Part shown: positions 52,005-64,000 of the stretch, one piece after another
Layout of the letters: each line of letters begins with the position of its first letter
Numbering within the stretch: position 1 is the first letter of the stretch
Assembly: GCF_044704955.1 (NCBI RefSeq)
Contig: NC_091981.1
Coordinates: 148,676,001-148,740,000, forward strand
Source of the DNA: Pristiophorus japonicus
Lineage: Eukaryota
Reading direction: 5' to 3'
Length of the DNA: 64,000 bases
Notes under the pieces: generated by a model
Databases searched by the model: none
The model's input: the letters and a program-made list of their open reading frames with translations, nothing else
What the model was told of the DNA's origin: nothing
Position numbers and translations under genes: made by a program

Positions 52005-54328
52005 AACATCAACAATTTGTACTTATATAGCACCTTTAAAGTAGTGAAATGTCCCATGGTGCTTTACAGGAGCACTGAGACAAAAAATTTGACATATAGA
52101 GAAATTAGGGCAGTGCCCAAAAGCTTGGTCAAAGGGGTAGGTTTTCATCATCATCATCATAGGCAGTCCCTCGGAATCAACGATGGCTTGCTTCCACTCT
52201 AAAAATAAGTCCTTAGGTAGCTGAAGAGTCCAATTCGAGAGCCACAGTCTGTCACAGGTGGTACAGATAGTCATTGCGGGAAAAGGTGAGTGGGATTGGT
52301 TTGCCGCACGCTCTTTCCACTGCCTGCGCTTGACTTCTGCACGCTCTCGGCGATGAGACTCGAGGTGCTCAGCACCCTCCCGGATGCACTTCCTCCACTT
52401 AGGGCGGCCTTTGGCTAGGGACTCCCAGGTGTCAGTGGGGATGTTGCATTTTATCAGGAAGGCTTTGAGGGTGTCCTTGTAATGTTTCCTCTGCCCACCT
52501 TTGACTCATTTGCCGTGAAGGAGTTCTGAGTAGAGTGCTTGCTTTGGTAGTCTTGTGTCTGGCATGTGAACAATGTGGCCTGTCCAGCAGAGCTGATTAA
52601 GTGTGGTCAGTGCTTCAATGCTGGGGATGTTGGTCTGGTTGAGGATGCTAACGTTGGTGCGTCTGTCCTCCCAGGGGATTTGCAGAATCTTGCGGAGACA
52701 TCGTTGGTGGTATTTCTCCAGTGACTCGAGGTATCTACTGTACATGGTCCATGCCTCTGAGCCATACAGGAGGGCAGGTATTTCTACAGCCCTGTAGACC
52801 ATGAGCTTGGTGGCAGATTTGAGGGCCTGGTCTTCAAACATTCTTTTCCTCAGGCGGCCGAAGGCTACACTGGCGCACTGGAGGTGGTGTTGAATCTCAT
52901 CGTCAATGTCTGTTCTGGTTGATAAGAGGCTTCCGAGGTTTGGGAAATGGTCCACATTGTCGGGGGTCGCACTGCGGATCTTGATGACTGGGGGGCAGTG
53001 CTGTGCGGCGGGGACAGGTTGGTGGAGGACCTTTGTCTTACAGATGTTTAGCGTAAGGCCCATGCTTTCATACGCCTCAGTAAATACATTGACTATGACT
53101 TGGAGTTCAGCCTCTGTATGTGCGCAGACGCAGGCATCATCCGCATCCTGTAGCTCGACGACAAAGGTTGGGACGGTCTTGGATCTGGCCTGGAGACAAC
53201 GAAAGTTGAACAGGTTCTCTGTTAAGGAGCATCTTAAAAGCGGAAAGAGATGTAGAGCAGCGGATAGGTTTAGGCAGGGAATTTCAGAGCTTAGGGCCCA
53301 AGCAACTGAAGTCACGGCCACCAATGGTTGAGCGATTATAATCAGGAATGCTCAAGAGGGCAGAATTAGAGGAACACAGATATCTCTGAGGGTTGTGGGG
53401 CTGAAATAGATTATAGAGGTAGGGAGGAGGGAGGCCATGGAGGGATTTAAAAATGATGAGAATTTTGAAATCAATGCATTGCTTAACCGGGAGCCAATGT
53501 AGGTCAGCGAGCACAGGGATGATGGTTGAGCGGAACTTGATGCAAGTTAGGAGATGCGCAGCCAAATTTTGGATCACCTCAAGTTTACATAGGGTAGAAT
53601 ATGGGAGGCCAGCTAGGAAAACTTGGAATAGTTCAGTCTAGAGGTAATAAAGGCATGGATGCAGGTTTCAGCATTAGATGAGCTGAGGCAAGGGCGGAGA
53701 CGAGCGATGTTACGGAGGTGGAAATAGGTGGATTTGGTTATGCTGCAGATATGTGGTCGAAAGCTAATTTCAGGGTCAAATATGACACCAAGGTTGCGAA
53801 CAGTCTGGTTCAGCCTCAGACAGAAGTTGAGGAGAGGGATGGAGTCAGTGGCTAGGGAACGGAGCTTGTGGCAGGGACGAAAAACAAAGGCTTCGGTTGT
53901 CCCAATATTGGAGAAAAATTCTGCTCATCCAGAACTGTTTGTCGGACAAACAGTCTGACAATTTAGAGACTGTGAATGGAGTCAAGAGAAGTGTTAATGA
54001 TGTAGAGCTGGGTGTCATCAGCGTACATGTGGAAATTGATGCTGTATTTTTGGATGATGTCATCAAGGGACAACATGTAGATGAGAAATAGGAGGGGACC
54101 AAGGATAAATCCTTGCGGGACACCAGAGGTAACAATGCGGGAGCGGGAAGAGAAGCCGTTGCAGGTGATTCTCTGGCTACGATTAGATCAATAAGAATGG
54201 AACCAGGTGAATGACAAAGGCAAACTATCCCTTCTTGTCCTTCTTGACTTGTCTGCAGTCTTTGACACGGTTGACCACTCAATCCTTCTCCAATGCCTCT
54301 CCACCGTCATCCAGCTGGGTGGGACTGC
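52005..54328 (-). mobile_element. L2 LINE (3' part) with inverted 5' segment (54211-54328) and a nested RTE
   Basis: IIPVLADLHWLPVKQCIDFKIL. The plus-strand piece DKGKLSLLVLLDLSAVFDTVDHSILL...GGTA is the upstream continuation in inverted orientation. Confidence 0.9.
52146..53218 (-). mobile_element. RTE LINE 3' part nested in the L2
   Basis: ELQDADDACVCAHTEAELQ...GLTLNICKTKVL...YGSEAWT; (GAT)n tail. Confidence 0.95.
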
Positions 54329-54744
54329 TTAATAAATAAACTATTGTCACTGTATGTGCCAGCCTTATGCTGCATGTTAGCTGCAGTTGCCCTTTCAGCA
54401 GATGGCACATCTCTGCTAACCCAAAAACCTGAGACAACTAGTCACTACAATCTTTTCCTAGTCGATGTTCCAGGCTCAGAAGAAATGGCTGTTGATATCA
54501 CGTTAGATGTGGCCAATCTGCCAACACTGGCTCTTTGTCACCTGGCTTCCTTCATGCAGTGCCACTTAAAGCATGACATTCTGTTATTGGGTGCTTTTGA
54601 TGAACTAGCTAACATAATAGTCACATATTCACATATGTTAGTGATGGCACTGGGGGTCTGCTACTATGCACTTGCCAAACAGAGAAATTTTCACTTGTCT
54701 CTGCAGATGATGTGAGCACACAGGGTTGGGCAGAAAGCACTTAC

Positions 54745-54817
54745 CTGCAATTGTGCAGCCTGACCGGTCTAGCATCTTCGAAAGGTCCTCTTCTTCTGAA
54801 CTGGTAAAGAACTGGTT
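54745..54817 (-). other. Candidate 73-nt exon of an unidentified host transcript
   Basis: Branch-like TACTAAT, AG-free pyrimidine tract ...CCACTTTTACCAG and donor CAG|GTAAGT. Two frames are open. Confidence 0.5.
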
Positions 54818-54884
54818 CTGGTAAAAGTGGTATGGACAAAAATAATAATTAAATTAATTAGTACAAAGGTGCATCGAAGACAAA

Positions 54885-55470
54885 GTGGTTGAAATTTGTT
54901 TTTTAATGGCACCCATTAGTGCTGGAGAGGGGCGGCTAACGGGCAGCTAAGGACTTACCGATGCAGCAGAGCGGTGTCATCTCCTGAAAACTTTAGTTGG
55001 GCGGTGGGGGCGAAGCTAAGCTCTACCATCACCCACGTGGTGACATCAGCGAGCGAGCATTGCCCCATTGGCGCCGCGGCAGAAAATTTCAGTTAGATCG
55101 CCTGCTTTACTGGCAGGCGCTTTTCCCGACTGGATTCTGGGGTGTTAAGTTTAATATTTTTAGCTTCTATTTATTTATGGCAGCAGTGGGGAAGTGTGGG
55201 TGTGGGTCACTGAAATTTTCGGAAATTCTTTTTCATTTTCAAGCGCTTGAATGCTGGCATTCTCGCACCAGAAAATTGAGTAGGCCTCCTGAGCTAGCGT
55301 TCCGTTTCCATCCCAGGACGAGTGTGCAACACCTCTTTTAGCACTGCAGTTTCATCTTTGGGGAAAAAAACCTGAATTTTTCAATTTGAGGCAGTAATTA
55401 TCGCCTGGCGGTAAAATCACCGCCTGGTGGTGTCACCGCCTCAAAATGGATGGTACCGAATTTCGACCCC
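54885..55470. mobile_element. Harbinger-like MITE
   Basis: Ends GTGGTTGAAATTT / GAATTTCGACCCC; flanks AAA and TAA. Confidence 0.7.
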
Positions 55471-56435
55471 TAACTGCCAACAGGAAGGAAAAAAAATAAT
55501 TTTTAAGAAAGTTAGGAAACAATTCAAATACAAACAAAAACACTTGCCTGATCCATTGTAGGCCTTTTAAATACCCATTCATTGGAAATGTTTGTTCCGA
55601 GGCACCCTCTCTCTGTCAGAAACATAGAAAATAGGTGCAGGAATAGGCCATTCGGCCAGATAACAGGCTGCAAAGTGGGGAGAGTATACATGAAAATGGG
55701 CGCTGTTTCTTTTAATAATTATTGCTGTTCACTAGCCTTGGAGAATGCAGTAAATTTACTTTGGTTTTCTACCAGGTGCAGGAGTCCTCAGAATCTAGTG
55801 GCACTAACACAGCCCAGTATAAGATCAGCTATAGGTGTGCAGCCAACAGCAAAAGAAACAATCATTTTCCATTGGCTGATGTAAAAATATAATATTGTGG
55901 AATAATTAAGACATGACTCCATTTGGCATTTAACTAAAGTACACAGTCATCAGTGGTTATAGCAAAAACAGCAGGTAAAAGTCAGCAAAGATGACTCCTG
56001 TCACAGAGAGGCAGTGAATGTGCAGTAAGAGCAAAAAAAAGCTATTTGTTTTTCAAAAAAACATTTCTGTATAAGCAATTCACAACATCACAAGATAGAT
56101 ATTGATCAGGAAGGCTATTCATCCATCTTTGACAAACCAGAAAAATGCTGCACTTGTCCCCAAAACAGGATCCACTCTATCTGGAAGTCCATTCTATGTA
56201 GTGATCACTCTTTAAAGCTGATTCCACACCCCTGTTCCCTGCTTGAAGCACAGCACTCATGGCAGTGCACCAGGAGATCCACATGGCCTGTGCTTTTCTA
56301 CCCGTTCCAATCAATGGGTGGAAAATCACAGACTGTTGCACCCTCTGCCAGATTCCATGCTCCTAACAGGAAGTAGCACTAAGTCATGTGAAAATTTACC
56401 TCGCAACAGATACAATAGGGTTAAGTGAAGTCAAT

Positions 56436-57381
56436 GGAGGAGAAATTCTGGTTGTTTGCCCCTCCCGTTAGTGCCTCCGAGGGGTGCTAACCGGGCGCAA
56501 ACAACTTCTCGGCTGGGGCTCTGCGTCACGACCAACTCTCACGAAATTCCGTGGGAGTTAGTGGTGGTGCTAAGTGGTAGCGTGTGTGCCGCTGCGCCGG
56601 CGATGATGATGTCAACATCGCGTGCATCGACCTGTTTTTGCCCTGGAGTGAAAATCCGGTAGCACCTCGTGAGGCTGCCGCAGACGATGTCCTTGTTATT
56701 CTTGAGCTGTTTTATGGCTTTGCCTACTTCATACAGCATTAGGGTTTCACTGAGGTGGTGGCGGATCGCATGCTGCGGGATGGAGTTGAGAACACTCGAG
56801 TCAAAGGCAGAGTGTCGATTGAGGAGATCTTCAAAGTGCTCCTTCCAGCGGGCCCTGACAGCCTCGGTGTCCTTGATGAGTGTTTCCCCGTTCTTGGCCA
56901 GGAGTGGAGTGGGGCCTTGGGAATTTGGACTGTAGGCGGCCTTGACTGCAATGAATATTCCTTGCATATCGTGGCTGTCGGTCAGTTGTTGTATCTGCTG
57001 TGCTTTCTCCATCCACCACCTGTACTTTAGGTCCCGGTTTTTTTTTTGGACGTCAGCCTTGAGCTGTCTGTAACGTTGCTTTGCAGCTCCCGAATTGGGT
57101 GAAAATTAAAGGGGAGGTGCAGTGCTGACATTTTTAAAAGTGGCCGATTTACCAGTCGAGCCTGCAGCGTGCTCTCCTCTTTAATGGAAGGGGAGGGCCC
57201 TGTGTTCCCGTGTAGCGCTGGAAAATTCCTGAGGTTCGCCCCCGAGAAGAAGTGAAGCACAATAATTTGCACTCTACTTCCTCTCGGGGATGGTAGGCCC
57301 AATTTAGCTGCTGGGGCAGGACTTCTGTGCCAAGCGCAGGAAGTCCTGCCTTGTAGCTGTTAGGTAAACAATTTCGCCCCC
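56436..57381 (+). mobile_element. Harbinger MITE containing an internal RTE ORF fragment (~56665-57095, minus strand)
   Basis: Ends GGAGGAGAAATT / AATTTCGCCCCC. Insert encodes ETLIKDTEAVRARWKEHFEDLLNR...AIKQLKNNK. Confidence 0.8.
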
Positions 57382-58339
57382 ATGTCTCATAGAAATTTAT
57401 AGCCACCTGAAGGTACAACTTTTCTCATTATACCTCCCTTCAGATTCATTAGCTGTAACCAGTAGTGAATAAATATGATGAACTTGTGCTACTGATTGCC
57501 CATCGACATTTCACAGTGAATAAATGTTGCAAGTATTTATCACTGCACATGACTGCAAACGCTGTGGGACTAATGAGCTAAAATTTTTAAATTTGATTTT
57601 CTCAGCAACTGTTGCTAAGGTATCAATGTATTCATTATATCTATGTTCCTGCGTAAACAATATATACAGTTACGAGCATGATAATACTGACAACTGCTTG
57701 TTCTGTGCAAATATTATTGATAATTCTAGGATTTATCAAACGTTTCCTCTTATACACTGGTCAAGGTAACCCTGAACCACTGCCTTCAAGGCTAAATAAC
57801 GACCTCATTTTCTGCCTTTTTGGAGTCAAAGTTTGGATGTTGGGAATACAATTTGGAGTATTTTTTGTGCCAGTATCAAATTACATCAAAACTATAATCT
57901 TCAGTATGTTTACTGTTGGATCACTCAGATTCATTAGCATTTCAGGTGTAACCCTTCATCAGAACTGGGAAAAAATGAAAGTAGAATCGCATTCTAAATG
58001 TTGACTCTTTCATATACCTCTATAAAATATTGTTCAAATGCCTTCCATCAATGCTGAAAAGCCTAAGCTTCTCCAGTTTTTTCTCATATCTAAGCCTTCT
58101 GATGGAAGCACTCTCGGAGATCCTGGGGTGCCATGCACCTGAACCTTTTAGAGATGGATGTGTAGGAAGGCCAATGGGACCTGCAGATTTTATCTGGACC
58201 ACTTTAGTTTGCTTGCCTGTATAATGGTTTGGGAGCACAAACACATTAACAAGAAACATGATCGGGCACATTCAAAAGCTACAGAGGAACTGACGTGATA
58301 GCTGCACAAACTTATAGCATCTTTTCAATTTCTTTTCCT

Positions 58340-60720
58340 CTAGATAACCTAAAGCAAGATGTGTGAATGAGCAAAAGGAAGATGAGGAGAAGGAAGAAGA
58401 AAGAAGCCAACGCACTCCCACCTCTGCCCAACCAGCTCCATCCTCATCCATGCCATCATTAACACTCTCTCGCTCACACTCCCTCAAAGAAATCCAGATG
58501 TAGATAGTTCCGATGAAGGGTTTTCACTGGATGAAACACAACAAGGGAGGGTGCCGGAGGAGTCAGTGATAAAAATACGATCTGACCACGGGAATAGAGG
58601 ATCACCAGAAGTCAGCCCCAGATCCCGAGCCTGCTGAGATCTGGGGCTGACTTCTGGCGATCCAAAAAAGGGCACTTGATGAGGATCACACTCAACTGGA
58701 AACATTGAAGATCTGAGACAAATTGCAAGGCTCATGGTGGAGTCCAGTGCCCTCCTCAGTGTCAACAGCAGAGAAGGATTTAACATAATGCAGTTCTACC
58801 TGGAGCAAGTGGCAGCAGCAGGAACACTTGCATCTACCACACCTGACTGGTCTCTATCAATGTGTCCAATGTGGATGCTTTGGCCACTGGGCTTTAGGTT
58901 TTGGGGTACCATTTGTAGAGAATAAAGGCAATAAGCTTCCGAAAGATTTGGGTTACCATATCTCAGGGTCTAAAGAAACTAAATGCCACCATCAAGTCAG
59001 TTCTCCCGCTGATCAGTGAACACTTAGATCCAGGACCCAGCACAAGTGGCATGGCTAGAGCCTGCCTTCATTATGCCATCCTCTCTCCTAAATCCCACTC
59101 ACATGGCTTTTCCAGCCAATCCTCTTAGATACCTGCAGTGGCAACACACCATGCTGGAAATATCTCCCAAGACTCAAAATCCTCGAGACAAAGGTAAGCT
59201 CGATTCCAAGAGGCGTATGCTACCACAGAGAAGACAAGCATTACTGGCATCTCTGACCCTTTAGGTATCACCTCGGTGCAGAACTAATAATAGGTTTAAG
59301 AACAGCACAGAGAGGCACCAGGATAGGGATGGTATTAAAAGGAAGCATGTGTTGTAAATATATATTTGCACAGTAAAACCATTTGTGATATAAAATCTAG
59401 TGTTCTGAAGTATGTCTGTTCTTTGCTTATCATGTTTGAAAGAATGTTTGGAAGTCATTCTGCAATAGAACATACAGTTCCTTCCATGCTTAATAAACTA
59501 TTGCCTCCTTAAACATACATTCTTGACAAAATGGCATGGTTTGTAGACTCTGGTGGAAGGATGCCTTTAGAGGACAGCCTTGGCTCAGTGGTAGCACTCT
59601 TGTCTAAGTCAGAAGATCACGACCTTGAGAAACTATTAGCGGAGAAAGAAGCAACTTCCAAAGCTGTGTGGAGAATGTCTCAGGGTCTACAGGATTTAAC
59701 TGATACCATCAAGTCTGTCTTCCCTCTGATCAGACACCAGAACCAAACTTCTGATCAATGGAAACTCAGATCCAGAACTCAGTACAAGTGACGTGGCTAG
59801 ATCGCTCTTCATAATGCTTTCCCCATCTCTGGTGACAGCTCATTTCAAGCCAATCTTCTCAAATGTCTTCCCATGTAGGTGGTAGGACACAGGACCAGGG
59901 TTCTCGTGCACCTGCAGTGGAGGCCTAGGATTTAGAAGCCTTGAGATGTACTAAGAGGCTGATGATACTACAGTGTCACCAAATATCACTGGTCCTCAGG
60001 AATCACTTCAGCTCAGATAGGGTTAAGAACATCACAGAGAAACACAAGGGATGGGCATGATAGCAAAAAGCACCTGTTGCAAATATATATAGGCATATAG
60101 TTTTAAAGTGCAACATCCCCACTGGCACCTGGGAGTCCCTGGCCAAAAATCGCCCAAAATGGAGGAAGAGCATCCGGGAGGGCGCTGAGCACCTCGAGTC
60201 TCATCACCGAGAGCATACAGAAATCAAGCGCAGACAGCGGAAGTGGCATGCGGCAAACCAAGCTCCCCACCTTCCCTTATTTTCAACCACTCTCTGCCCC
60301 ACCTGTGACAGAGACTTTAATTCCCGCATTGGACTGTACAGCCACCGGAAAACTCACTTTTAGAGTGGAAGCAAGTCTTCCTCGATTCCGAGGGACTGCC
60401 TATGATGATGATGATGTTTCTTCCATGTTGCCTTAATAAATCACTGCGTCCTTAAACAGACATTTTCTGATATATTCTCAAGAGAGCAACATAGTCCATT
60501 GACTCCAAATTGCATGTCTTCTTCTTTGGTATAGCCATAACCTGGCAGGTTTCCCCTGTAATTTCCTCTTCCTCCTGATCCAGTTCTGTCTCTACTATCA
60601 GGACATATATGAGGATGCCCACAATGAATCCCATGGTAGAAGATGCTCTATGACAGAAGAACGGAATGTAAAATATTTCCGTGTGAACGTGCTGATAAGA
60701 GCTTGTTGAATCATTTTTTA
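58340..60720. mobile_element. Very degraded, probably Harbinger-derived region with an internal tandem duplication
   Basis: An acceptor plus acidic segment at 58343 resembles Myb-gene exon 3. 58920-59550 is duplicated at 59640-60510. The minus-strand MGFIVGILIY..EEEE weakly resembles a transposase N-terminus. Confidence 0.35.
60106..60416 (+). mobile_element. RTE LINE 3' end
   Basis: Reverse complement of 4791-5100; tail GGACTGCCTATGATGATGATGATG. Confidence 0.95.
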
Positions 60721-61442
60721 GCAGCACAGCTGAGAGAAGAATTTTCCAATTGCTTCATTTAATCTACAGCAAAAATACAGACCATTTGGCACAATCGAAT
60801 GTCTGTGTTTATACTCCACATGAGCCTCCTCTCACTCTAATTACCTCTCCCCACCCTGCCCCCAATATCCCTCTATTCCCTTCTCTTTCATGTATGCACT
60901 TAATTCCATCTCCTCTCTCATTTACAAGTTAGAAAGCTATTCCAGTAGCTCCGCTCCCAGTATCTTTATTGCCCTGGGCAAATTGTTTGAAAGTTTGAAG
61001 GCCAGCCAGTTTGACAGGTACTATGGTCTTGAATTATTCTACGACAAACAGGGCATGCATAAGCAGTACAATCGGGCTGCAAAATGCAGTCTAAGACAGA
61101 ACTGAACACAAACAGATACCAAAGCAAAATACTGCGGATGCTGGAATCAGATACCATGCCCATGCTGCCCATGGCCAACACTCAAAGCTGACATTTCAGA
61201 CAGAATTTGTAGATATTCAAAATCTGTGAATGCAACCATTTCCTGGTTTGATCAGTCATGCAGGTACCTTGGCCGTCTTTTCTACAGGCCGAACTTAAGC
61301 CAGAATTTCAGGACTGCTTTTGCCTTCATTATCCTGTCAATTGTATACATGCACCACTTTGGGGGTTGGAGCATTTTCTGCCAGCATCCAGTTCCCCCAG
61401 AATTTAGTCCATATTTTACAATAAATGTAACTTAAACCCCAA

Positions 61443-62164
61443 GGCCTAGAAATTCGGTGCATTTGCGACTCCCATTAGTTCTCCCAGGGGCGCGAACGGG
61501 TCACAAATGCATTAGCAACCGGGTGCGGCGCTGGCAATGACTTCCGGCAGGAGTCTAGCAGTGGCACTACGCGTTGCACCCCAATCTCCCGCACCCGGAG
61601 ATCATGACATCATCGGCGTGCGCATCGCCCTGGACCTGAAATTGACATTTGCCCCCTTCAGCAGCACTGGTCGAAAACACCAGCAGCTGCAGGAGGCATG
61701 GATCGGACAGCCAGCCACAGCCAGGACGATAATTAAAGGTGAGGTGGCCGAGGTAAGTAAAAAACACCTTACCTTTGTTCCTGCTGTTTTGATCCATTTT
61801 CTTTACGGGATCCTTCCCACGATCGCTCAGCACGGCAATCTGCTGGAGTGTCGGGCTGATTGTGCGGTGCTTCCTAGCTGGTCCAGATAGGTGGATCTAT
61901 ATTTGCAGAGCCTGTAGCAATGGCCCTTCCCTTTAAGGGAGGGAAGGGCTCTTTGAACGTGGCAGCGCTGCACGGCCCAGTGTGCATCGCTGCTGAAGTG
62001 TCTGCCCCAAGAAGGAAGTGGAGCGCTTGATTTAGCGCTCCACTTCCTTTTGAGAGCGCTGAAACCAATTTTTTGAGAAGGGGTAAACATTAATGCCTGC
62101 TGCTAAGTTTCCAACCTCTCAAAAGTTACCGCCCCCAAACGGTGCGATCATCAATTTCTCCCCA
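61443..62164 (+). mobile_element. Harbinger MITE (same family as 50753-51401)
   Basis: Starts GGCCTAGAAATTCGGTGCATTTGC and shares GCACCCGGAGATCATGAC; TSD CAA. Confidence 0.85.
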
Positions 62165-62189
62165 CAAATTCCAGATCTACATCACTTAC

Positions 62190-62231
62190 CCCTCAAAATC
62201 GTTCTGCTGGTTTTGTTGATTGCTGCAGTGA
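62190..62231 (-). other. Candidate 42-nt exon of an unidentified host transcript
   Basis: CACTAATTCTCAACCTGTCCAG| acceptor and |GTAAGT donor; length divisible by 3. Confidence 0.4.
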
Positions 62232-62614
62232 CTGGACAGGTTGAGAATTAGTGCTACTATGCTAGATTCCCTTTAACTTTATCCTTAGATATTTCAAAAC
62301 CATTCATACAGAACTTATTCCATTATCTTTTTCTTCTACCTGCATGAAACACTTTAGCCTTGTTCCGAATAAACTTAATCTGCTAATTTGTCTATTTTAT
62401 CTAAATCTTTGCAGTTCACAGGCGGATTATGTTGTATCTGAATTGCAGTACTGCATTTGTTGTGGTTGCAAACAGGTCGATATCTGCAATAACAGGAACA
62501 TTATCTCGGGTAAAATCTGGCTGACGAATTGCAATTGCAGGAACATAACTGGATTAATTATGAACAAATATACAAAATGTTTATAATCATCTATCTGGGT
62601 AATAAATGATGCAT

Positions 62615-64000
62615 TGGCCGGAATTTCCAAATTGCAGAGTGTGCTGATTTGGGAGCGGGTCGGGAGTAAAAACATTGAAATTGACAGTGCATCGGGAACC
62701 GGCCGTCACCTTACTGACTTTCACATTTAACTGGGGCATTTATCAGAGCACACCATGAGCCCACTCGAGAAAGGCAGGCAACCTTATTGAGGCAGTTAAC
62801 CCTCGAGAGCCTTTTTAATGTCAGTATCAACTTTAACTGCTTGCGCACGAGATACATGGGGCTAGAAATTGCCCCTCGCCCCGATTGGGGGCGGTAAACT
62901 TCCAGGGCTGGGACATCCTGCCGCTGGCCCAGAAGTCCCGTCCCCACTGCGGAATTGAGCCGTGCGCCCCTCGAAGGAAGCGGAGTGCTGTTTCCGGCGC
63001 ACCGCTTCATTTGAGGGGCGCAGCCAGGGTGGTAGCATGGCGCTGAGTCCAGGGCCGTGCGAAGCAGGCCAGCACTACATGAATGCACCACGTAGCTTGA
63101 TGCCTCTCCCCTTCCATTAAAGGGAAGGGCCGCTGTGCTCTCTACATGGCCCTTTGGTGGCCACCACTCGGCCACTAGGGACGTGATCGACCGAGCCATC
63201 GGCCTGGCACCCAAAAAGGAGTGCAGAGCAGCATGATGGTGGCCCGGTCAACGCGACGGCCGCCATTGTCGGGCCGACCCAAGATAAATAAAGATGACGA
63301 CCTGCGAAGCTGCCGGTGATCTCGACCCATGTCAGCCTCACCCCGTGGGGTGGAGAGGTGTCTGCGCAGGGCACTGTGGAGTCAGCATGCACGGCGATGA
63401 CATAATTGCTGTTTGTGCATGGCCCGGGGTGCTAATCGCGAGGTGCGGTGTTGCTGGGAAAGCGCCCCCACCCCCCCCCACCCCCAAACCTCCGGGGCAA
63501 TTTTCCAGGAGGCGGTAGCGCCCCCCTCCCCCGTGCAAAATTACCTTTGCACCACGTTATCGCCCCACGGAGGCACTAACAAGGCTATAAAAGGGGGCAA
63601 TTTCACCCCCATGGACCTCGGGAAGCTCAGCTGTGAAGGCAAGGCTGGGACCAAGTGGCCATTGTGCTAGTTCATTAAATGACAGCTAGAAAAAGCAAAT
63701 AAATACACACATTTTACACCTGCTTCTTTGCCAAAGGCAAAGATTATTACTAACACCATTTTGTGCAGAGATTTTGCTTTCAGGAGTTTGCAGGTCATTT
63801 CTGTAACCTCGGAAGCTACTCTCACCACTTTACTCATCACTCTCAATAGATTTGAGGATTATGCCGCCGATCTCCACTTTCCCTGGCATCTATCAGATCA
63901 ACATGCGTGCTGTTTATGATGTTTCGTCTTGGACGTGAGAATCGGACCAAGATGAGCCCCAACACCAGCAACACCAACCACATCAGGAGCAGCAGCAACA
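62615..64000 (+). mobile_element. Probable left end of another Harbinger element, interrupted by the MITE and running off the window
   Basis: TIR-like GGCCGGAATTTCC. From 63903 there is an ATG then an acidic and Gln/His-rich segment like the transposase N-terminus at 15190-15300. Confidence 0.4.
62859..63610 (-). mobile_element. Harbinger MITE, reverse orientation
   Basis: TIRs GGGCTAGAAATTGCCCC / GGGGCAATTTCACCCCC; TSD ATG (or CAT). Confidence 0.9.

Noticed and set aside
57730-57765. FIKRFLLYTGQ resembling the lipase RFLLYT motif
   Set aside because: Only 36 nt, all three frames are open, the acceptor is weak, and no other lipase exons were seen.

Overview
Repeat-dominated vertebrate genomic DNA, most likely an intron or intergenic region of a cartilaginous fish (shark). 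This assignment is inferred from the repeat repertoire: CR1 LINEs with (TTCTATG)n/(TTCTTATG)n tails, L2, RTE with (GAT)n tails, Tx1-clade elements, Deu-domain and other tRNA-derived SINEs, Gypsy remnants and many PIF/Harbinger elements. No intact host gene, RNA gene or CRISPR array could be identified, and nearly all long ORFs are decayed transposon ORFs or their antisense shadows. The most striking structure is at 44070-48402. A short solo-LTR-like element there has been hit repeatedly at one position by a Tx1-clade non-LTR retrotransposon. The result is a same-strand, head-to-tail array of nine 5'-truncated insertions, each ending in a copy of the 15-bp motif GTTGTAGAGCTGTTG, with a 20-bp palindrome immediately upstream of the first site. 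Other notable items are a reconstructable two-gene Harbinger element (Myb/SANT plus HARBI1-like transposase, TAA TSD), a family of Harbinger MITEs with heterogeneous 3-bp TSDs, a near-perfect 152-bp palindrome, a twin-priming-type inversion in an L2, and several unassigned short exon candidates with strong splice signals. Family names come from motif recognition, not from database searches.
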